Source: Felis catus (lineage: Eukaryota). From it: 64,000 nt of DNA. Numbering within the stretch: position 1 is the first letter of the stretch; each line of letters begins with the position of its first letter. The notes under the pieces were generated by a model that made no database searches, was not told the DNA's origin, and saw nothing but the letters and a program-made list of their open reading frames with translations. The position numbers were made by a program, and so were the translations under genes. Location: NCBI RefSeq assembly GCF_018350175.1, contig NC_058383.1, forward strand, positions 11,844,001 through 11,908,000, read 5' to 3'. Shown here piece by piece: positions 11,348 to 23,672 of this stretch.

Positions 11348-14049
11348 AAAACTGTACTATTTTAGCTGCAGTGTCATGCGCATAAAGAATGTTTCCGCTG
11401 AACGGTCCTGAGAATTTAACTTGCCGGGCCCTGTAACTGTACAGAGGGGAAACCCAAGAGAATAAGGGTGAGGGATGTCCCTCAGGCCGCATGGCAGGTT
11501 AACAGACGCGCAGAAGGACTATAAACAGGCCATCCTCCGTGCGGTCCCACAAGGGACGGTCTCGCTGAGCCTCTCCGGGGGGAGGAGGGAGCTCTGTCAT
11601 CCCGAGATGAGTTGCATTCCAAAGCGGCGCACAGTGGGTCCGCAGGAGCGGTTGACGTGATGTCTCTGGTCCGTGGACTCAAAAAGTCCTTCACTTGCTG
11701 AGGCTTCACTTTTAACGCCACACTCCTTGCGCGTGGTCCTAAGGTTTATGTGTCGGGGTGGCTCTCAAACATCAAATTGGAGGCATCGACTTCTGCGACA
11801 GGAGGGTTACACTGCACTTCCTGCGTTTTCCAGGCCCTCTTTCACCCTAAGATTGGCTTTCCGTCCCTCTTTTAGAAACAAGAAGGGCCATTCGAGGCCC
11901 CGCGTCTCGGCTTCCGACCACAGCCGCTTCCCTGGAGGGGAACACACGGGGCGTCCGTGCTGTGTCCTAAATGACTCATAAATCACGCATTTCCTTGTAA
12001 GAAGGATCTTCAGGGGGGCCGATCTGCTGGGTAGCTTTCTCCTCCTGCCCTCGGGCGGACTAGCAATCGCTGTGTCTTACTCATCTCTTGGCTATTGACA
12101 GCTCCGAGAAGCCCCCACATGGGGATGCTGGTGACGTGTGGCCCCCAGGGGGGAATCACTCCAATCCTCGAAGATTCCCCTCGTGGCCCCGTGATGCGGC
12201 CACATCACAGGAGGGCTGTGCTAAAATGTCGGTCGGGTCGGCTGGACAAATCAAACGACACAAACAGCCACGATGCTTTTCTAGTCCTAGAACTCAGAAC
12301 GTTCTACCCGGAGACGCCAGAATCCGTGTGGGTGCTCCCGTGTCTTCCTGCCTGTCGCCCTCTCCTCTTCCCTCTCTGTCTTCATGACGAGGCCCCACGT
12401 GGTCCCCAGGACTACAGCAAATCAGGAGGAGGCGGGCCTGGGCTCACATCTGGGCCGTCGCTCGAGAGCAAAGTGACCTCACGCACATTAGAGGACCGCA
12501 CTGCCTCTCACGAAGGACCACGACGGGGCGGAGAAAAAAGTGGAACAAAATAGACACAGAGTGCCCGGGGGGGGGGGGGGCGTGCATAACAGACTGTGGA
12601 CTTTCTTTCATGCTTTAGTCCATAACGGTTCTCTGAGCGCCTCCTCGGCCAGCCCGGCGGGGGCACGGCACCAAATGAAACACCCGGAACCCCACTCTCG
12701 TGGGACTGACGTTCCAGCAGAACAGCAAGTAGCAAGTCGGAGCCGTAGAATGTGCCACAGGGATGGTTGCCATGGAGAGGGATACGGCGGGGAACGGGTC
12801 AGGGAGTGTGGGGCTGGGGGAGAGGGGGTTGACATTTGCAACGTGCCATCGGGGAAGCGCTCGTAGAGAGGATGTCGTCACAGACGTCGGGTGGGAGGTC
12901 CCACCTGGGTTCCCGATTCCTAGCACACTGTAGGTGTTCGTTGAATGCTTCAAGGATGGATGGAGGGACGGAGACAGGTTCCAAGACCGCAGGGATTGGT
13001 GAGGTCGAGGCAGGAAACCGGGTACCCATCCGAAACCTCTTCCGTGCGGAACTTGGCCAGGGACACAGAATCTGTCAGAGTAGGGGGAATCGGGCAAGGC
13101 CTGATTTCAGGATGTCAGGACGCACGGCTAAGGGAGCGGAGAAGTGGCCTCAGGCCCAGGGAAGTAAGATGGCTCGCTTGATGTTGGACCTGAGGTCCAA
13201 GGACGACTTGGTATTGATAGGAAGCGTATGAGACACTGCACAGAAAGGGCAGCAAACAGCCGTCCTCGCCGGGGGAAGCCCCATCCTCTGGTCTCTGAAA
13301 CGGGCCTCTCGCGTGGTCTCGGGCGTGTGGGTAGAGCTCTGGAAACTCGGCTTCGACCACCTCATGCATATTCAGGCCGGATGCCCTTCCTGTGTAGAAA
13401 TTCTGGAACCTCTCGCTCCGGGGAGACATGAGCTCCATGCCCTTCGTGAGCTCTTTCCTTTCCCCAGCCCAGGGAGGGATTTTGTGCTGAGACCCCGGCC
13501 CGGCTGGGTGCCTTAGGCAGGTCGCTCTGCCACTGCCTCTTCTGTGAACCCACTCTCGGAGGCTAGCCACCTGCTTCCTCTTCAAGCTTCCCAAATGTAA
13601 GGAAGACGGAAGCAGAAATGTGATGGGACCGTTCGGCAACGTGTGAGGCAAGGTTGGAAGGACCTAGAGATGGCCTCGTGTATCTGCCTCATTTCCCCAG
13701 TACCTGACGGCAGGCAGTCCTGTGGGACAGCACCCCCCTCCGCCATCTTGGGCCCACACGGACCATGGTGCCTATTGGTGTTGAGACCATCGAGGCGGCC
13801 ACCGCTGCCAGCCCAGTGTTCGATGACGAATGAGACCAAGTTGCACCCAACGTCACCCCCCAGAGAGCCTCTGCAATATGTGCACACAGGAGACACTGGG
13901 GACATTCTTCACAGGCCAAAGTTGGCCTGGGGAAGGCTCCAGATGTCCTCATAGAGCAGTGGGTTCCCAGGGGAAAGACCAACTAAAGGGGGACTTTTCG
14001 GTGAAGAAAACAGACAAGGGATGGACGTAGGTTAAAAGGAACCACATTC

Positions 14050-14170
14050 TTTTTTATTATTGAAGTTTTTTATTTATGTAAGTAATCTCTACACCCCATG
14101 TCGGGCTGGAACGCACAACCCCGAGATCAAGAGTCACATGTTCTTCTGACTGAGTCTGCCAGGCACCCCG
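14050..14170 (-). mobile_element. Short-form carnivore SINE (tRNA-like part plus short tail, no CT tract)
   Basis: AAGTAATCTCTACACCC...CCCCGAGATCAAGAGTC...AGGCACCCC; TSD AAAGGAACCA. Confidence 0.85.
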
Positions 14171-15924
14171 AAAGGAACCAACTTCTTGTCTGAGACAGAG
14201 GCAAAAACCTTGGGGTTTGGGTCATTTATGTCCTCCCGTCTCCCCAGGGTCCTGGGGAGCAAAGGGGCAGACAAGCAGGTTTGGATTGGTGACAAGGGAA
14301 ATGGAGCATAGACATTGCTGACAGCGGCAGGGGGTAGTCATGCGTACTCACCTTAGCAAGGGAGAGAAGAGGGAGAAGGGGTTCTCCATGGGTCTCTAGA
14401 GCAGGTGTCCCGGCCAGGGGGACAGAGCACCGCTGTGGGAGAAGATTGAAATTCTGGGGGAACCAAGGGCCTTTATCTTGGCAGGTCAACTGGAAAGGTT
14501 GGCTGGGGACCATGCATGTTTTTTTTTTTTTTTTGTTCTTTCTGGAAAGCTAAAGGAGTCAAACTGAGCTCGGCAGAGGTTAGGGAGAAACTGGAGGCTC
14601 ATCACAGACTCTTGATGCATGAAAATGAGGGCAGAACCTTCTGGCTTGTTCTTGTCGTTGTTGAGACCCATTGGACGTATACTCTATCTCTTAAGGAAGA
14701 CTTTGGCCCCTCGGAAGCAATGGTCTTGCTTCGTTTATGAGTCCAGGGCCTCACCAGAGGAGGTAGTCCTGCCTTGGCCCCCAAAGCTGAGGGAACTACC
14801 AGCCAGAACTACCTCAGGCCGATTGCCTGCCCTCTTGGACATCTTTCTGCATACTGCCGGTGGCTGGGCGGCCCATCGCTTCCCCTGCCTCGCGGTAATG
14901 TCTTCTCAGAGACCACACGGAAAGGAAAGGTCTAGGAGTCAGGGTCATACTCTTCTAATTACCACCGGTCAGATGTAACTCCCGCTGGGTGATTGCTTCA
15001 ATAAGCAAGTTCAGGGTAGACTCCAAGGGGTCAGTCACCCTGGGTTATGGCATTCCGACCGATATGCATTTTATGTCTGTGGTGTGGGGGCACTGGTCCA
15101 GGCTCTTGGGACACGTCCATGAACAACACTCAGTAAGAGCCCCTACCTTGTAAAGCTTACATTTTAACAGCCAATAAACAATAAACAGGGGAGTAGAGGT
15201 AAGGGATTTCTGGGGGGGAGGGAATCACAATTTGAAATCAGGATGGCCCTTATGAGGGCATGAAATTCGAGCGAAGACTTAAAAGCAGGAAGTCAGAGGC
15301 AGAGGGAATGGCCAGTGCAAAGGCCCTGTGGTAGGAGCATGTCTGGCACGGTGAGGAACAGCAAAGAAGGCAGTGCAGCTGGAGGAAGCATGGGGAGGGA
15401 TGAAGAGATGAGGCAGAGAAGTTATGGGGACCAGAGTCCAGCACATTCTGTAGGGTCTTACGGGACTCCTGGATAAATTTGCTTCTGCTGTTAAAGTGAG
15501 GGGCCATTGAGGGATTTTGAACAGAGAGGTCCAGGAGTCACTCTGGCTAATTCGATGAGCATAGGGTCACATGTACAGGGGGCGAGGCGAAGACTGAAGC
15601 AGAGACACAATCAGAGAGGCCCCCGGGCAGGTGGTCCCAGAAGGATTGCAGTGAATCTCGCTGCAATGCTTGCTCGTTCATTTCTTGAGAACCTAGAAGC
15701 AAAGGTGGCCCGTGGGGGAGGGTCAGTCAGCAAGAGCAGGGGTCCTGGTCTTAGCCTGTCATCGCTGGGAGATGCAGTGTGAGGCCAGGAGCAGAGGCAT
15801 CAGACGTGAGTCACGATGTGGAGTCCAAGGTGGGGCCGATACTCGGGATCCAAGACACCTCTTCAGCAATGGCCGGGAGGCTGGGGGGCCATCACAGGCA
15901 TGCAGCCGTGCCCGTGTGTTTTAT

Positions 15925-16130
15925 TCATTTTTCCTTTTTTAAAAGTCCATTTATGTATTTTGAGAGGGCGAGCATGAGCAGGGGAGAGACAGAGAGAGAG
16001 AGGGAGAGAGAGAATCCCAGGCTGATGGCGCAGAGCCTGACGCGGGGCTCGAACTCCCGAACCGCGAGGTCACGACTGGAGCCAAAATCAAGAACCGGGC
16101 GCTTCGCCGACCGAGCCACCCAGGCGCCCC
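15925..16130 (-). mobile_element. Can-SINE
   Basis: (GA)n and body ending CAGGCGCCCC. Confidence 0.93.
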
Positions 16131-16278
16131 TGAGTCCATTTGTTTTAAGGGAGCAAAAGCCAGGCCTTCCACGCGACCTCGGGAAAGTCACTTCCTCTCT
16201 GACAGATTTCTCGGTAGGGGAAATGGACAAGTAGCAGGTGTCACGTGCACCGGCAGGGGAGCGTCAGGAGGTATTAAG

Positions 16279-16447
16279 CTGTGGTTCTCAACCTTGCACG
16301 TGGAGGTCTCCAGGAGTCACTTAAACAGTCCTGGGGCTGAGGTTCCATCCCCAGAAGTGCTGGCTGAGTTGGCCCGGGCGGGGCCCGGGCGCTTTCCGTA
16401 AAACTCCCCAGAATGATATTGTTCATCGGCATCCCGCATCACAGCCG
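16279..16447. mobile_element. MER5-family MITE (degenerate)
   Basis: GCTGTGGTTCTCAACCTT...CCCCAGAAGTGCTGGCTGAGTTGG...AACTCCCCAG. Confidence 0.55.
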
Positions 16448-17124
16448 CCCTTTAAGCGATCCTTGGACCCGTTCCTAGATTCCTTGCCAGGAGGCCTCCT
16501 GTTCTGCCAGGGTTTTGCCTGAGGGTCTCTGGTGTCTCCCTAAGAGCCACCTACGGCGGGGTTCCCAGCCCCCAAGGTCATTGGTGGCTGCCCCCCTGCT
16601 GGCAAATCTCCTGAAGCAGTTTATCTAATCACCTGTGGATCCTGCCTCCCTCGCCGTGGTTACGCCCCTCATTTCGTTGTAGCCGTGGAGCCGTGGTTTC
16701 TGTTTTCTCGTAGAACCCTGGCCGGTGTCCCAGACGATTCTGTCACACAGCCAGGCCTGACCATCATTACTGCAAACCTTTAGGCTGGAATTTTATCTTC
16801 CTGAGCCCTGGTGGGTGACACCTGCTCCATTGCCTGCCCGAAGCCACCTGTCGTGGATTGCTTGGGGACCGCAGAGCCTGCCCCTTCTCAACGTGAGCTG
16901 TTGGCCCTTCCACCCGGGGGGGGGAGACAGTTCCTCCTTGAATACGGGTGGGCCTGGGGACTAGCATCGGCTCGTAAAACACGGCAGAAGTGATTTGGTG
17001 ACAGTCCCCAAGCCTCAGGTTGCAGAGGGCTTGAACCTTTGCCTCTTGGGACGCTAGGTAGGAGACCCCCAGGTAGGAAGCCAGTCGAGGCTTCTGGGAA
17101 GGAAGCTCATGGCCACGTACGAGC

Positions 17125-17831
17125 ATCCCATGGATGCTGTAACAAATAACCACCAACTGTGTGTCTTAAAACCACACAGATTTATTAATGTACAGTTATG
17201 GGAGCCCAGATTCCCCAAATCAGTCTCCTTAGTTTAATATTTTTTAATGTTTATTCATTTTTGAGAGACAGAGAGAGAGAGAGGGCGAGTGAGCAGGTGG
17301 GGGAGGGGCAGACAGACAGGGAGACACAGAATCCAAAGCGGGCCCTGGGCTATGAGCTGTCAGCACAGAACCCGACTCGGGGCTCGAACCCACGAACCGC
17401 AAGATCACGACCTGAGCCGAAATCAAGAACCAGATGCTTAACCGACTGAGCCACCCAGGCGCCCCCTAGTCTCCTTAGTTTAAAGTCAAGGTGTTGACAG
17501 ACCGGCATTCCTTCTGGAAGCTCTAGGAAAGAACACTGTCTTTGCTTTTTCCAGATTTCAGAGGCTGCCTCATTCCTTGGCTCAGGGCCCCACTGCACCC
17601 CACCCTATGCTTCTAGCATCATGTGTATGTTCTTTTCTGACCCTGACCTTCCAGTTTGCCCCTTTAGAAGGACCCTTATGATCACTTTGGGTCCACCTGG
17701 ATAATCCAGGATAATCTCCCTATCTCTCAACCCCACCTGCAAGATCCTTTCTGCCATGGAAGGTCACATGTTCACAGGTTCTGGGGATGAGGCAGGGATG
17801 TCTTCAGGGGGCCATTATTCTGCCAACCACG
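17125..17831 (-). mobile_element. MaLR LTR (MLT1B/C-like), interrupted by a SINE
   Basis: GCTGTAACAAATAACCAC...GGATAATCCAGGATAATCTCCC...GGGGGCCATTATTCTGCCAACCAC. Confidence 0.85.
17238..17466 (-). mobile_element. Can-SINE with 16-bp TSD, inside the MLT1
   Basis: AGTCTCCTTAGTTTAA on both sides. Confidence 0.97.
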
Positions 17832-19654
17832 GATGGCCATGGGAAGTTGCATTTGGCCCACAGGGTGCCAAGTGACCGGTGGCCCCACCCACCATGTTCT
17901 AGAGCATACCGCCATGGGTAGCACAGAGGTCATGCTTCCTCAGCTGCTCCCAGGTAGCAGGGTCCTGGGCCGGGTCCTCTGACAGGGCTTCCCATCAGCT
18001 TCATGGAAGCTTCCCCAGACCCTTGCTCTAAGTCCGGTCTTGCCCTACCTCCCCTTTCTCTGTTGTCTCCCCTGGGCATTGACCGCATCATGATCTGATG
18101 GCTCCTGGGGTTTCTCTGCCTCCCTTCTCATTTTCCCCTCACCGAAGTTTCCCCGATAAACCTCTTAGATGTCACATCCCGACTTGGCATCCATTCGGAG
18201 GACCCACATGGGCGCGGGTCTCCCTGGGGGGTTCAAAACGCCCAGCCGACAGCCAACCCTACCTTCCGGCCTGTGAGTGAGGCCAGTGCGGACCGTCCCA
18301 TGCTACGGGCCTTTCCATAAATCACAGCCACAGGAATGTGTCAGAAGCCCGCAAAGTAACCTCCTCACCCGAGGCACCGAAGCTTAATTGTTCCAAGTCT
18401 CTAACTTTCGGGGTCTTTTTTTTCAAGGTAGAGAGGCTATCCCACCAGTTGAGAAGATTGAGGGAAAATAAGAAAAAGGTAAGCTGGTAGAAAGCAGTAT
18501 TTTGTGGGCTAAAGAGTGGCGTGGCAAGGCCGCCACTGGCCAAGGAATCCTTCCCGGGCTGAGCTGTCTTTCTGTGACCCATTCTGTCTACTGGACCTTG
18601 CACTCCAGATCCCTCCGGCGGCCATGTTCACACTTGGATTCGGGCCTCCGGAAGCTGCACCTGTGGGTTCTGGCCCCGCCTCTAACTGGGGTCTCGGTGC
18701 CCACCCATTCCCGCCTGGCCAGATACTCTCGGCCTTGGGTTTTATAATGAAATTCTCCCATCCCTGCTCTACCCGTTGAGCTGTCTGCTCATCTCCTGCC
18801 TCCAACCTGTCTCCCCATCTCTCTGATCCCGTGCTGGGCGTCACCCTCTGACTGCACCCCCGTGGGGCGCCCCGGAAAACCTTGCCTCAAGGAGTTGGCC
18901 TCTTGGCTGAGCTTTGGGGCCAGGACCCAGCCCCAGCAGTCCGTGGCCCTTTCCCTGTTGACATTGTCCTGTCTTCTGGCTTCTGGTGCCTTCTTGGATC
19001 CCACTGCGCTCCCGTCCGCTCTGTCCCGCTGACCTGCTCTTCAGCACACCAGGACATCCCAGCCGGAAATTTTTGACCTCTTCCAGCCAGCAGGAGCACT
19101 CAGCCTGACCCAGACGCCTCTCCCCGCCTGACCCCGAGGAACCGCAACATTTCCCAAGTCAGCAGCCACGTCTTCCAAAGGGTTACTCTGGCCTTTTCCC
19201 GCCAGGGTGGATTATACCTGCGACAGAAGTTGTTCACTGGAGAACCCTTTGCTGTGCCTGAAATGGTTTTCAGGTGGCAAGAATGCACTTGATTCATGGA
19301 CAGGCATTTTCCACTGGAGAGGACAAATTTTAAGTCCCTTTTCTGCACTGCCGTAAGTCAAAGGACTGTCATATTAAAAAACAGTAGGGGAAACGTGAAC
19401 ACTTTCCAACTGTGGTGAGTCAATGGCACACTGAAGGCAACATAATGAATCCAAGATATCCTTTTTTTTGTTTTGTTTTCCGGAAATAAGATGTCTTAGG
19501 GACGCAAAGTAATAGGAAATCTATTAGTCGCTGTCTTGCCTGAAGGGTTTTTTGATGTTAAATTCCCTTTATGTATCTTTAGGGTATTTAAAGAGATGAC
19601 ATTAAACGGGCCCTACAATGTCTACAAGACTCCTCTTTAAACTTCTCAGTGCTC

Positions 19655-19754
19655 TTTTTTTTCTAAAGTTTATTTATTTTGAGAGAGAGAGAGAGAGGGT
19701 GTGCATGAGCAGAGGAGGGGCAGAGAGAGAGGGAGAGACCATCCCAAACGGGCT
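19655..19754 (-). mobile_element. 3' half of a Can-SINE; 5' half missing or scrambled
   Basis: Poly-T, (GA)n, GAGGGGCAGAGAGAGAGGGAGAGA...ATCCCAAACGGGCT, then colinear similarity is lost; no TSD. Confidence 0.85.
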
Positions 19755-20954
19755 GGAGGCATCTGAACTATTCACGAACAGCCACTGACGTGGGAGCTCT
19801 GACATCTTTGTACGTGAGCTATGCAATCGCACACGTAATGCGGAATAGACACATTCCAGTTGTGATCGGCCATGTGCCCCGTAGACACTTCAGGACAGTC
19901 TCATACCCAACTATATTTCCTCATATACCTCCACTCTCGTGGAAATGTGGTATTTCCAGTCGTTTCCGGCAACAATGACTGAATGAATCCAGTCTAAAAA
20001 AGCAAGGAACTGAGCGAGCTGAGATTTTTCCGATAACATCCAATTCCATCCCCTCTAACCTCGGTAGGTATGAATACTAAAAGGGGCCACGCGTGTTTTT
20101 TATCTACATGCAAAAGACAGGTGCTTCCAGGGCTGGTTCATTGGCTCAGTGGTGTCAGGGTGCTGGGCCGACACCTCCGGATTCTCTTGGCTTTTCCTCA
20201 TGGCCACAAGATGGCTGCTGCTGTTCCAGGCATCGGGACCACACACAGGGATCTGACGGAGAAAGAAAGTGTCAAAACCAAAACTGAATTTTCTCCGGCA
20301 ATTTCTTTTCTACTCTTCTTCCCCCCTCCTGAATCAGATTAAAATCTAGCACAGAGAAAGGAAATCCCATAGATCCTAGCTGGCCGGTGCTGAAAAGGAC
20401 TCCAAAATAAAGTGACATAAAAAGTCCCATAGTTCCCCCAACTCAACAAATATAAACATTTTCTTCTTTCGCAAGCACAAGCTCCCCGTTAAGCGTTTCA
20501 GGATGCCAGGCGGCTTTGTTCCACGCACTGACTCAGGAATCCAGGCCGATGGCTTCCAAAATCTTTCCGCGCATCACCCGTCCTGCCAGGGGGAAGGTGG
20601 AAAGCCCGGAAGCTCTGGTCCTGAGATTCCTTCTTCAGCAAGTGGCATATGGAACCCAAGCCTGAGTTATATGAACTGGCAGGAGCATAGTCACATGTGG
20701 GCACCACAGCAAACAGAGCTGGAAAACACATTCCCAAGCTGGCCTTGGGGGCGGCCCCAGCTGCAGAAGTAGACGGGCAGAATGGATTCGTGTTGTTGTT
20801 TGTTTCTGTTATCACCCACCGTGCCTGGTTTAGACAAATTGTGACCCTTCCTTGTTCTGGTTGAGGGACTTTCCTCCTTGAGTTCCAAGGATGCAGTGCT
20901 GTTATGGGCACTCAAAACGGAAGTTTAAGAAAAAGAAAGAAAAAAAGAGTGAAT

Positions 20955-21200
20955 GGGGCACCTGGTGGCTCAGTGGGTTAAGCGTCCGACTTCGGCTCAG
21001 GTCACGATCTCACAGTTCGTGGGTTCGAGCCCTGCGTCGGGCTCTGTGCCGACAGTTCGGAGCCTGGAGCCTGCCTCGGATTCTGTGTCTCCCTCTGTCT
21101 CTGCCCGTCCCCCACTCACACTCTGCCTCTCTCTCTCCCTCTCTCTCAAAAATAAATAAACATTAAAATTTTTTTTAAATAAAAAAGAAAAAGAAAAACA
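20955..21200 (+). mobile_element. Can-SINE with TSD
   Basis: Flanking AAAGAGTGA repeats. Confidence 0.95.
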
Positions 21201-21859
21201 AAGAGTGAGAATAATCTATAGGGGAGGTGATAAATAGTTCTCAACACAGACTTTTCGTACAAGCAAAGGTACAACGCAGGGGGGCAAAACAAAAGCGCGA
21301 TTATGTTATCATTTGGGGTTTTGTTCCTCTGAGAGTGGCACATTTAATTCCACATCAGTCTCTGGGACCCGACTCCGTGGTCTCTGGGGGCAGGGACTTT
21401 GCTGGTGACATCCCCTTATTCCCCCGCCGCACCCCCGCGTTCAGGGTCCGCTGATGACCAGTAGAGATGAAGTTCGGGTTTCTGACCGCAGCCGTCCGCT
21501 CTTGAACTGCTCACGCCTTTGGGGAACGGGGGCTGGGGGTCAGAGCACTTCGTGGTTTTAGCCATTGCGCACCCCGGTAGTTGAGGACAGGGATCGCGTG
21601 GTAGCCGGATGAGTGCGCCCGGTTACGTTCATTTCGACACTGGGTGGCTATCGACCTCCGCAACCCGAATGATAAGACGACCTCACCCAGCGTCAGTTGG
21701 TGCCCTGTCTGTGTACCAGTTTTTTCTCTACTCCCCACTCTCACGGCACTGGCTACATTGCTCTTTGTAACTCAGTCATGAGGGAAAAATCAGTGTCTCC
21801 GTGCACATCCCTTCGCCTTGTTTGAGAATTTAGGATCCGTGAGGTCAAGGGACATTTCT

Positions 21860-22042
21860 TCTTTCAGCGTTTTAAAAGTTTGTTTTAGAGGAGGGAGAGC
21901 ATGAGCGGGAGAGAGGGGCAGAGGGAGAGAGAAAAGAGAGACTCCCAAGCAGGCTTCACGCTCCGTGTGGAGGGCGCTGGGATGGCGACCTGAACCGAAA
22001 TCAAGAGTCGGATGCTCAACACCGAGCCGCCCAGGCGCCCCC
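21860..22042 (-). mobile_element. Can-SINE with an internal deletion
   Basis: SINE tail and head present, middle shortened; flanks GGACATTTC / GGACACTTC. Confidence 0.88.
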
Positions 22043-23410
22043 AGAGGACACTTCCCCCGCATCTTCCATATTGTCTGGCAGGAGAGGGTTAATGTACATA
22101 AATGGTGAGCAAATGGAGCGAAACACCATTTTTCTTGGATCTCAGCCTGACTTCGTGTGTCTTTCAGGTCTCCTGACAAGACTGGCCAGTTATATTTAAA
22201 TGACCCACTGCGCCTTCAGAGCCATAAGCCACACTATGGAGTTTATTAATTAAGCAAATATTTATTGTGTATCTATTAGGTGCAGTAAAGTCACCTCCCA
22301 CACAGCAGAGAGTGGTTTGAATGTGAACTTACTGCTTGGAACTCAGGCACTGCCCGACACTCTTAATTATAGGAATGCATGCAAACCCTTTTTTCTAGTT
22401 ACAGTCAAATTTAGAGAGTAGTGGGGGTACTGAGGAGATTTCTACCAAATCGTGAGCGTCCCATGGGAACTAAATTCCCATGATCGCAAGGAGTAAAGAG
22501 TCAGTCTTCAGCCACCTTCTACAGGACCTAAGGTTACTCCATCTTGTACGATCTTCAGTAGAAGCTTCGACCATCATCCTTGACTCGACATATCAGGAGA
22601 TTTTGACGGGGCTGACCCTAGTCACTCAGGATGATGAGTTCCAGAAGGAGACGTCCTCTCCAGCGCAGAGCAAAGGAAAGTGATCAGTATTAGCTGGGCT
22701 TGGACCCTGGACCCCGCCTACAGAGCTCTGGTAAGTTCTCCTGGATCACATGAGAAAGCATTTATCCTAAGTTGCTAGGCGAAAATGTCTTCAAAGTAGA
22801 GCCCGGTCCCTTACACTAGTCGGTCTCCGTGGAGAATCAGTCACAGGACATGGTCACGAGATTTGCTAGGGCCTTCCCTACCTGACTTCCGCCTAGAACA
22901 GCAGGGCATGTGGGACCACCTGGGCTTGTTCTCAACTAGACTCGCTTGGGTGGAAGAACAGAGGTAGGGCTTTCTTCCTAGGATTAAGATTTGCAGAGCA
23001 GAGATAGAAGGAAGTTGGTAGAGGAGAATGCCGGAGAGAAAGTCATAGCCACGTGAACAAGTTTGTACGGATCACCCGCAAATGGGGCCAGTCAATGCCC
23101 TGGAATGTGATTCATCGAGAGCCTTTCCTCCACCCTGGGTGGGGACCGGGGGGGGAACGAGGGGCGTGATTGGGGCTCAAATCACTGGCCGCATCCAGTG
23201 AGGTGGAGTGAAGCAGGAATAAATGTAAACGTCTCCACTTAAGCCCCAAATACGGTTGCACAAATAGCAAATTTGGGCCTCCTCCTAGATTCAGGGGTTT
23301 GGAGGGGCTCACAGGGCTATCACTCTGATGTCTCCATAGTGTACAGACCATCTCCGCTTTGCCCTGGTCAGACGACTTCAGTTTTGAATGATGTTTTTTA
23401 AAATGAACAC

Positions 23411-23672
23411 GGGGGCACCCGGGTGGCTCAGTTGGTTGAGCGTCCAACTCTTGATTTCGGCTCGGATCATGATCTCACCGTCGTGGGATCGAGCCCTGCG
23501 TCGGGCTCTGCACTGATAGCGTGGAGCCTGCTTCGGATTCTCTCTCTCCCTCTCTCTCTTCCCCTACCCAGCTCGTGCTCTGTCTCTCTCTCAAAGAAAA
23601 CAAAAACAGAAACAAAAACAAAAAACAAACAAAAAAACAAAAGCAAAACACCAAACAAAGCGAAACAAAAAA
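23411..23672 (+). mobile_element. Can-SINE with long (A)nC tail
   Basis: GGGGGCACCCGGGTGGCTCAG head. Confidence 0.95.

Noticed and set aside
16588..16603. CTCF-like GCCAGCAGGGGGGCAG on the minus strand
   Set aside because: An extra G disrupts the core spacing; too weak without binding data
22430..22456. Hammerhead-like CTGAGGA followed by the stem GATTT/AAATC
   Set aside because: The required GAAA after stem II is absent (GTGA)
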